From Laetmonice hystrix (taxonomy: Eukaryota), in assembly GCA_965235115.1 (NCBI GenBank), contig OZ249441.1:7130001-7194000 (forward strand): 64,000 nucleotides of DNA, in the 5' to 3' direction. The position numbers and the translations under genes were made by a program. The notes under the pieces are model-generated. The model searched no databases and had not been told where the DNA came from. It saw only the letters and a list, made by a program, of their open reading frames with translations. Below are positions 59,601 to 64,000 of the stretch, in pieces. Positions within the stretch are counted from its first letter, which is position 1. Each line of letters opens with the position of its first letter.

Positions 59601-59998
59601 GCCTCCAGTCTCAATCCTCCCAACCACGCACACCCGACGGTGGCTCCCTCTCGAGGAGCTCTTCACGTAGAAGCATTCCTTCCAAGCCGAGCACGTCGGA
59701 CGCCGAGCCGACTGACCCGAGTGACGATCACCACGACAGGCCGCGATCCTCGAGCTCCCGGAGTTCTAGACGGTCCGAGCGCCCCTCACAACCCTACTCA
59801 CAACCACCCTCACAACCAGCGTCACAACCCTCATCACAGCAAACTTCAGAGGGCCCATCTCGGGGTCCCTCCAGACAACCCTCCAGTCAGTCGGACTCGG
59901 ACCAGCTTCCCCCCAGGCCTCCATCGCAGGGTCCTGACCCCCTGGACGACGAACCGGCTCCCTATGTGGGCAGTGACTCGAGGAGTACGCGGGTCTAG
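882..59998 (+). CDS. ITPR: Divergent inositol 1,4,5-trisphosphate receptor-like Ca2+ release channel, 67 exons in window, 5'-partial
   Basis: All exons have AG acceptors and GT donors (two GC) and join in frame; total 8936 nt = 2 + 2978 codons including TAG. Family motifs: RYGEVIQLRH, GGSVIRLFH, FRHITTRQYL, KERQKLMR, SRKN, YLDLLNVLC, DYLREQPDN, LMEE, VIQAVTQNGKSL, NIIFGIIVDTFSELR, CFIC...HINYEHHIWAY, DFFPLNRALSL. The symbol denotes the family only, not orthology to vertebrate ITPR1-3. Confidence 0.95.
1381..1735 (+). repeat. Compound repeat containing exon-2 3' end plus donor
   Basis: cggtaaacgggtccgYtatggagaggtcatccag|gta recurs with donors at 1419, 1541, 1631, 1692, interleaved with atatacccaccacatattctaacaac units. 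Confidence 0.9.
2500..2778. repeat. 96-bp tandem repeat, about 3 copies
   Basis: attgtacatagagctcccgtac... starts at 2501, 2597 and 2693. Confidence 0.93.
4338..4797. repeat. 29-bp minisatellite, about 15 copies
   Basis: Unit gtcagattgtatactgggtgtatgggaca. Confidence 0.95.
5082..11232 (+). CDS. ITPR-like exons 7-12: MIR / IP3-binding core beta domain
   Basis: Exons 5082-5169, 5846-5953, 6156-6301, 10487-10565, 10800-10894, 11107-11232: GGSVIRLFHKELEAYL, VHLRIRE...STSANTYWQIE, VRFRHITTRQYL, ESYARIEHVITGFWLHA, YHDAYTIQAV. Splice phases are consistent. Confidence 0.9.
5243..5496. other. Assembly gap (254 N) inside an intron
   Basis: Run of N preceded by a ctctgtctccctggct repeat and followed by another minisatellite. 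Confidence 0.99.
5520..5835 (+). repeat. 26-bp minisatellite abutting the exon-8 acceptor, about 12 copies
   Basis: Unit ttaccccgatcttgtagtacagttgc; ttgtag|taca mirrors the true acceptor ttgcag|taca at 5845/5846. Confidence 0.9.
8359..8390. repeat. (GCAA)n microsatellite
   Basis: gcaagcaagcaa... visible directly. Confidence 0.9.
11522..18674 (+). CDS. ITPR-like exons 13-21: IP3-binding core alpha / first RIH domain
   Basis: Exons 11522-11572, 12044-12124, 12303-12488, 12605-12727, 13448-13552, 15997-16110, 16420-16500, 17918-18050, 18568-18674: KERQKLMRNLRVIDLL, GNSRKNALY, LIRDNRKIVDRIT, YLDLLNVLCVCDGVAIPDNQ, FFEHQLDLFGKLAYGRN, LPDALRAKYCELI. Confidence 0.9.
11742..11978. repeat. 27-bp minisatellite, about 9 copies
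   Basis: Unit ccatctacccgcacccaatcatgcctc. Confidence 0.95.
12900..13465 (+). repeat. 39-bp acceptor-spanning minisatellite, two subfamilies
   Basis: Units gacctacctttgtttactgaccag|aactaccggtacctg and gacctacttttgtttattgctcag|aactcccagtaccta; the last copy is the start of exon 13448. Confidence 0.92.
14205..14482. repeat. About 35-bp degenerate minisatellite, about 8 copies
   Basis: Unit taatatattcccatattgctccggttttgtccatg. Confidence 0.88.
16614..17902. repeat. About 40-bp minisatellite, about 32 copies, filling most of intron 19
   Basis: Unit gacaaccaatcgttctgatgaccttcaggggtaactttgt, with a caagtgtaact variant block. Confidence 0.95.
20745..21628. repeat. About 33-bp AC-rich minisatellite
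   Basis: Units acctacatcttaacaacttacaccaaccagtag / acctacacctcaataacctacaccaacc. Confidence 0.95.
22465..22690 (+). repeat. 32-bp acceptor-spanning minisatellite, about 7 copies
   Basis: tgtttccatggtttctgacag|atgatta...; the last copy gives exon 22682 (atcattaaa). Confidence 0.9.
22682..41538 (+). CDS. ITPR-like exons 22-46: armadillo / second RIH regulatory region
   Basis: Exons 22682-22798, 23113-23248, 24747-24855, 26036-26090, 26780-26895, 30943-31042, 31588-31695, 32001-32137, 33230-33297, 33565-33620, 33798-33959, 34577-34815, 34979-35063, 35208-35395, 35525-35638, 36375-36459, 36669-36755, 37023-37127, 37616-37687, 38011-38140, 38983-39121, 40039-40197, 40665-40821, 41179-41276, 41439-41538. 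All phases chain without stops (e.g. FLVKFGYY, LRALARGNDLVQ, LLATCAEGENRFIESMCQ, LDIRCLQLLRAVIHNE). Confidence 0.87.
23200..24165 (+). repeat. 79-bp donor-spanning minisatellite, 12 copies
   Basis: gtSaacgggaagctggacaaacccttcccgcctgacaccgagaagggag|gtaggtcatgggtatccgctgggggtcgct. Confidence 0.96.
24185..24437. repeat. About 20-bp G-rich minisatellite
   Basis: gtacgggggtctccgccaggg units directly after the 79-bp array. Confidence 0.88.
24918..25478. repeat. 16/17-bp minisatellite
   Basis: gatacggtaaacagact / gatacggtaatagact. Confidence 0.96.
26930..28085. repeat. 35-bp minisatellite, about 33 copies
   Basis: Unit ctacctccctcaccctgggtgtaaacgggcgctcc, starting just after donor 26896. Confidence 0.96.
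28709..29130. mobile_element. MITE-like element with about 33-bp terminal inverted repeats
   Basis: 28713-28745 attgacgcacttttaggcgcatgcacctataag is the near reverse complement of 29096-29128 cttataggcgcacgcgcctaaaagtgcgtcaat; the left end follows TA; no ORF. Confidence 0.7.
29793..29869 (-). pseudogene. tRNA-Asn-derived sequence, probably a SINE head
   Basis: Minus strand reads GTCTCTGTGGCGCATTGGTAAAGCTTATGGCTGTTGACCAACAGGG...GGGTTCGAATCCCCC. It resembles eukaryotic tRNA-Asn(GTT) (GTCTCTGTGGCGCAATCGG...GGCTGTTAACC), with A and B boxes but a broken acceptor stem. Confidence 0.7.
30135..30455. mobile_element. Second, rearranged partial copy of the 28.7-29.1 kb element
   Basis: Shares aaaaaacgcaaaaatccgcttat...gcctaaaagtgcgtc (ending acggta) and tgcagttgtgttaccgta...ggcagtattgcactctaccattag with 28807-29160. 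Confidence 0.75.
34005..34400. repeat. 49-bp minisatellite, about 8 copies
   Basis: gaggcataggcgtgtactgtacaacaataaaatcacaccaggtgatact. Confidence 0.95.
35624..36226 (+). repeat. 31-bp donor-spanning minisatellite, about 20 copies
   Basis: ccctccccagacaaggt|gtaagtacgccacca. Confidence 0.96.
37108..37447 (+). repeat. About 37-bp donor-spanning minisatellite, about 9 copies
   Basis: cctctaccgtacccaacagt|gtgagtatacaac plus a variable C-tract. Confidence 0.95.
38150..38335. mobile_element. About 185-bp palindromic MITE-like insertion
   Basis: ccgttgacacacc...caatgcgcttcaaatcg pairs with cgaatcgaagcgcattg...ggtgtgtcaacag. Confidence 0.65.
38440..38990 (+). repeat. 42/45-bp acceptor-spanning minisatellite, about 12 copies
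   Basis: gtaatggtttttgtccgttcag|agttccgttccctgcactgtac; the last copy is the start of exon 38983. Confidence 0.94.
39731..39963. mobile_element. About 230-bp MITE-like element with imperfect TIRs
   Basis: ggtgtgacaggaatccaagtcc versus the reverse complement of ggactaacattccgtttacacc; internal hairpins tgcaggtccgacggacctgca and aggtccggcggacct. Confidence 0.6.
41956..43295 (+). CDS. ITPR-like exons 47-48: Lys-rich, probably disordered linker
   Basis: Exons 41956-42006 (GC donor) and 43095-43295: EIEAIDNALRRSKFGQG|RKVSLSTLQSKAAKRREDKKKQNKAPKKKKPKESK...; both phase 0. Supported by splice signals and frame only. Confidence 0.7.
44364..49294 (+). CDS. ITPR-like exons 49-57: RIH-associated domain and pre-TM region
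   Basis: Exons 44364-44516, 44817-44966, 45199-45300, 45421-45504, 45675-45743, 46472-46588, 48190-48298, 48662-48783, 49125-49294: VLARMCDGQHRGLQDYLREQPDNMKSFNIVAET, ETLNEFTVGNQHN, LLISLMEEN, YKKNTMSIELLKDDHLQKVNF. Exon 46472-46588 is the least certain. Confidence 0.88.
49596..57271 (+). CDS. ITPR-like exons 58-63: six-helix transmembrane channel domain
   Basis: Exons 49596-49733 (TM1), 50856-51008 (TM2), 51210-51312, 51521-51644 (TM3/4, S4-S5 linker VIQAVTQNG), 52491-52666 (TM5, pore helix, YGLIGD), 57119-57271 (TM6 ...GLNIIFGIIVDTFSELRDLK). Confidence 0.93.
49712..50662 (+). repeat. 40-bp donor-spanning minisatellite, about 24 copies
   Basis: cgtcccacctgccatctttga|gtgagtacagttcattcca. 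Confidence 0.96.
51668..52466. repeat. 32-bp minisatellite, about 25 copies, filling intron 61
   Basis: gtgacctgaccccaacacgtgtagctgtttgt. Confidence 0.96.
54180..54302. repeat. 39-bp tandem repeat, 3 copies
   Basis: ttcattcaaaacatggaaccagagtctgtgtacaaaaca. Confidence 0.92.
56504..56614. repeat. About 110-bp inverted repeat / small MITE-like hairpin
   Basis: ggggaccgtctcacagacactgatggaccgtc pairs with gacggtccatagctgtttgtgagacgacccc. Confidence 0.6.
57279..57367. repeat. 29-bp tandem repeat, 3 copies
   Basis: gtggcaactgatcgcagcagagataagtt, right after donor 57272. Confidence 0.9.
57484..58346 (+). CDS. ITPR-like exons 64-66: C2H2 Zn-finger linker and C-terminal helix
   Basis: Exons 57484-57561, 57742-57861, 58209-58346: CFICSRGSYDFEHHGHGFEHHINYEHHIWAYIFFFIHL...DYTSLE...DFFPLNRALSL. 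Confidence 0.93.
58365..58512. repeat. About 38-bp tandem repeat, 4 copies
   Basis: cactctaggaataaccccccaccaaaatatcaccaact. Confidence 0.9.
58682..59998 (+). CDS. ITPR-like terminal exon 67: 438-aa coiled-coil end plus low-complexity tail
   Basis: Acceptor ttccag at 58681, phase 0 (DAKRKREDERQKQ...), continuous with ORF 58751..59998; stop TAG at 59996-59998. Confidence 0.85.
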   Translation, partial: DAKRKREDERQKQIRWREEHRSAMMQDDDDSMDTPDSDRNNRGGGGGGPGGPGGPGPGGGGGGGAGGTAFGRPGAQNFRQKRWQRGSKYSHFGDSVDTADTQGSNVSINKYQPVTKDSTLDSPDERTEGAASMRSPSGRSGSRSPADMLDSSPTPLDSTLPLDEEMTMDDSVHLIDFGGVGGRDSRSDGRRGRDDDHLMHDLHDDDMEDEEEEEDEEEEEDEEDSRSARGRQPHHHQYSPHHHPHHHPHHRQRPRSRTPSPTNMDDLLLDSAPTLPRRGSRRGSHQPPPDHRLPESGSLSSLPRQTSLQSQSSQPRTPDGGSLSRSSSRRSIPSKPSTSDAEPTDPSDDHHDRPRSSSSRSSRRSERPSQPYSQPPSQPASQPSSQQTSEGPSRGPSRQPSSQSDSDQLPPRPPSQGPDPLDDEPAPYVGSDSRSTRV

Positions 59999-61429
59999 GG
60001 TGTTGTTGTGAAGAGACAGTGGTTTGTTTCCCGATCCTGTGGCCAGTGATTGTCGAAGAGACTTGAAGAATGAGACATGTTATGTTGTCGACTCAAGGGA
60101 GTGACTTCATTATTGCGTTGTTATGTTACTCAGATGTTTCTTGACGAACCAAAGCTACTTTGGTGAACGTACCTGGCGTGTAGATCATTGGCAGAAAGTC
60201 CTCTCGATCACTGAGTCAGTGGATGACAAGGCGGTCCTCAAGCAGGCGTGGTGTGACACGATACCGACTGCATTATAAACTCTAGTCGCCTTGATTTCAT
60301 AGTGATCAGGTTAGAACCTCCATTTGGAAGAAAAATGCCAATATTTGGACATTTTAGAATTACATGCGGTGTATAACGTCACACGCAATGAGCAATTAAT
60401 GAGGCGAGGGTACGTTAAAGGTCAAGGGTCAGGGTTCATATAAGGTCGGTGGACCCCGTGCCAACCCAGCCTTGGAGCCAAGATAAAGACTTGGAAGAGA
60501 ACAAATCCAGATCTTAGAGCAAGATATTTCTTGTCCTGTTTGGGTCAGGACACGGTAAAGAAAGCTGTTCCTGGCGATGAGGGACCCTCGAACAATCTGG
60601 CCATCTGAACACTTGTTTCAGACACCAGGAACAACAAACACCCGAGTCAAGGAGAAGATTGACATTTTAGCCAAGTATAAGAAGTTTATGAAATGATCGA
60701 AGATGTTCCATGTTAAATCTTTTAACTTTAGTGTATAACTATAATGGCTTTCACCGGGCTTTGTACAAGTAGTCGGGATTTTACCTCGGGTCGCCGGCAT
60801 TTCTTCCTTTAGATATTTTAAACCTTTGTTCATCATTTACATGTGCATGTAATTTATAAGTATAACTTGACGTCATGTTATGAAATGCCCCCCCCCCCCC
60901 CACACACACACACCTGCCCCAGGGGGTGAGTGGGTCACCCCCACCCCCTATCATCACCCTCCTGACCCACAGTGCCCTGCCCGCCCGGGGCCTTCTTATT
61001 TCTAACCTGTTGTCTGTGTTTGTGAAAACTGAATTGATTGCCGCCAGAGTGAGAGCATTGGTTGTAAGTGTAAGGGTATTAACAAAAGGTTTCATCACAA
61101 GTGCCTGACCAGAATCCAACGACCAGGGTGGGTTCACCAGGCGGGCAGTCCTGTAGACACCGCTGTAGGCACTGTAGTACCGCAGTAGGCACCGCTGTAG
61201 GCACCACGGCATCTCTTGTGGATCGCAACCATCATATCACATGTAACCTTATACCTAGTCAATCATTAATAATCTCAAGAGCCTGTTCAGAATGGCGTAT
61301 GCTGGGTCTGTGTAGGTGGTCTGGTGCAGGGTTCAGTGTGAACCATACAGTCAGCTTGTACATACTCCAGTATGGTACTGTGAACCCGTCCAACCTATTG
61401 TCGGTTAGTCCGGCTGTTACGGGCCCCGG

Positions 61430-63010
61430 CAGGCTATAGAAGGGTACTTGAGGCTGTAGCGGGTGTCCAGCTATAGAAGGGTACGTGAAGCTGTAGCGGG
61501 TGTCCGGCTATAGAAGGGTATACGTGAGGCTGTAGCGGGTGTCCGGCTATAGAAGGGTACGTGAAGCTGTAGCGGGTGTCCGGCTATAGAAGGGTACGTG
61601 AGGCTGTAGCGGGTGTCCGGCTATAGAAGGGTACTTGAGGCTGTAGCGGGTGTCCGGCTATAGAAGGGTACGTGAAGCTGTAGCGAGTGTCCGGCTATAG
61701 AAGGGTACGTGAAGCTGTAGCGGGTGTCCGGCTATAGAAGGGTACGTAAAGCTGCAGCGGGTGTCCGGCTATAGAAGGGCACGTGAAGCTGTAGCGGGTG
61801 TCCAGCTATAGAAGGGTACGTGAGGCTGTAGCGGGTGTCCGGCTATAGTAGGGTACGTGAGGCTGTAGCGGGTGTCCGGCTATAGAAGGGTACGTGAGGC
61901 TGTAGCGGGTGTCCGGCTATAGAAGGGTACGTGAGGCTGTAGCGGGTGTCCGGCTATAGAAGGGTACGTGAGGCTGTAGCGGGTGTCCAGCTATAGAAGG
62001 GTACGTGAGGCTGTAGCGGGTGTCCGGCTATAGAAGGGTACGTGAGGCTGTAGCGGGTGTCCAGCTATAGAAGGGTACGTGAAGCTGTAGCGGGTGTCCG
62101 GCTATAGAAGGGTACGTGAGGCTGTAGCGGGTGTCCGGCTACAGAAGGGTACGTGAGGCTGTAGCGGGTGTCCGGCTATAGAAGGGTACGTGAGGCTGTA
62201 GCGGGTGTCCGGCTATAGAAGGGTACGTGAAGCTGTAGCGGGTGTCCAGCTATAGAAGGGTACGTGAAGCTGTAGCGGGTGTCCGGCTATAGAAGGGTAC
62301 GTGAAGCTGTAGCGGGTTATAGAAGGGTACGTGAAGCTGTAGCGGGTGTCCTGCTATAGAAGGGTACGTGAGCCTGTAGCGGGTGTCCGGCTATAGAAGG
62401 GTATACGTGAGGCTGTAGCGGGTGTCCGGCTATAGAAGGGTACGTGAAGCTGTAGCGGGTGTCCGGCTATAGAAGGGTACGTGAAGCTGTAGCGGGTGTC
62501 CGGCTATAGAAGGGTACGTGAAGCTGTAGCGGGTGTCCGGCTATAGAAGGGTACGTGAAGCTGTAGCGGGTGTCCAGCTATAGAAGGGTACGTGAGGCTG
62601 TAGCGGGGGTCCGGCTATAGAAGGGTATACGTGAGGCTGTAGCGGGGGTCCAGCTATAGAAGGGTACGTGAAGCTGTAGCGGGTGTCCAGCTATAGAAGG
62701 GTACGTGAAGCTGTAGCGGGTGTCCAGCTATAGAAGGGTACGTGAAGCTGTAGCGGGTGTCTGGCTATAGAAGGGTACGTGAGGCTGTAGCGGGTGTCTG
62801 GCTGTAGAAGGGTACGTGAGGCTGTAGCGGGTGTCTGGCTGTAGAAGGGTACGTGAGGCTGTAGCGGGGGTCCGGCTATAGAAGGGTATACGTGAGGCTG
62901 TAGCGGGTGTCCGGCTATAGAAGGGTACGTGAAGCTGTAGCGGGTGTCCGGCTATAGAAGGGTACGTGAAGCTGTAGCGGGTGTCCAGCTATAGAAGGGT
63001 ACGTGAGCCT
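61430..63010. repeat. 37-bp minisatellite, about 43 copies, downstream of the stop codon
   Basis: ggctatagaagggtacgtgaggctgtagcgggtgtcc. Confidence 0.97.
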
Positions 63011-64000
63011 ATGATGAGTACGATGGGCGGACAATTGTTTTTGCTCTGTATATTTTGAATGATATTACTATGTTCAAGTGCGACCGTTATTTATGTAGGT
63101 TGTATATTTTGAACGAAACATGGGTGGCGAATCTTCGAACATGTGCATTCGTTTGAGCATGTACGGTCAGTCACTTGCACCATAGTCGTCGACATGTCTA
63201 GAAACAAAAAAAAAATAACTTGGTTTTGACTGTTTTGACAGCGACGACTGCATTCCCGCGCTGGATGTGTTGTCCTCGTTATTAGTGTGATTGGTCGCCG
63301 CCAGGGGACCTAGGTTTTTTTTTATTATTATTGTATTAATTACTCGTCATTGCCTGTGTATATGCAGAGGCACATCACGTGACTGTTTTTAGCCAGTCAG
63401 AGCACATGTTACACATCGTCGTCGTATTCGCACGCGGTCATCAATGTACACACGTTCGTCATGCCATAGGTTCTATGCAATCGTTCTCTTTCTCAACCCA
63501 GAAGGTATATTTCTGTGAACTGGGCTCGTAGTACACATACAAACAAATACATTGTAACTGAAAACACCACAGCCGACTCTGGCGGTGTGCGGTGGCGATG
63601 ATAGTCGGCGAACGGCACAGATGAACTCAGTCCCAATAGCTTCTTGGCCATATACAAGCATGTCGATAGGCGCGCAGATCGACCGTCGAACATATGTTGA
63701 CAAAAGTGCCTTTGTCCACAACATTGTGTGACGTTCAAAAGTAAAAGCAGCCCAATAACTTGATATATATACAATGTGTTCACAACGCTGAACCTGCTCG
63801 CCCCATAGAGCCTTCACTGTTAGCCCCATGTGTCTGTAGTATGGTAATGTACTTAACTAAGGCAATAGACAACGTATATTAAACATTGTGATTTACTGTT
63901 AACGTGTAGAATGTATTTGATCATCATTTCACCATTTACAATACTGTATTTGTCACGTGGAGTGCACGTCTGTAAGTCTAAGGTTCATACGAAGGTATGA

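Noticed and set aside
882-59998. Ryanodine receptor identity
   Set aside because: About 3000 aa, no SPRY or RyR-repeat insertions, and IP3R-type ERQKLMR and RKN motifs.
58653-60011. Overlapping and antisense ORFs on the terminal exon
   Set aside because: Shadow ORFs of a GC-rich, triplet-repeat coding exon; only the frame of 58751..59998 joins exon 66.
1-63010. Regularly spaced repeats as CRISPR arrays
   Set aside because: Units are head-to-tail with no unique spacers, lie in spliceosomal introns, and no cas genes are present.
63473-63829. Minus-strand ORFs as a neighbouring gene
   Set aside because: Short, no recognisable domain and no clear exon boundaries.

Overview
Eukaryotic (invertebrate-like, species not determinable) genomic DNA. 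Almost the whole window is one + strand, multi-exon gene for a divergent inositol 1,4,5-trisphosphate receptor-family Ca2+ release channel (ITPR-like). By hand I traced 67 phase-consistent exons from 882 to the stop at 59998: 8936 nt, about 2977 codons, with the N-terminal exon(s) upstream of the window. The IP3R architecture is recognisable throughout (suppressor and MIR beta-trefoils, RIH/armadillo, RIH-associated region, 6 TM helices, C2H2 Zn site). The protein is atypical in several ways. The GGGVGD filter is replaced by a shortened YGLIGD, the S6 aspartate is His, some IP3-contact residues are missing, and a ~415-aa low-complexity tail ends in a PDZ-type motif (STRV). Two introns need GC donors. 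The introns hold more than 20 minisatellite arrays. About eleven of these are built from the exon/intron junction itself and so create long arrays of decoy splice donors or acceptors, several of them in frame. Also present: a tRNA-Asn-derived SINE-like head, several MITE-like hairpins and one assembly gap. Comparisons with mammalian IP3R residues are from memory and need an alignment to confirm.
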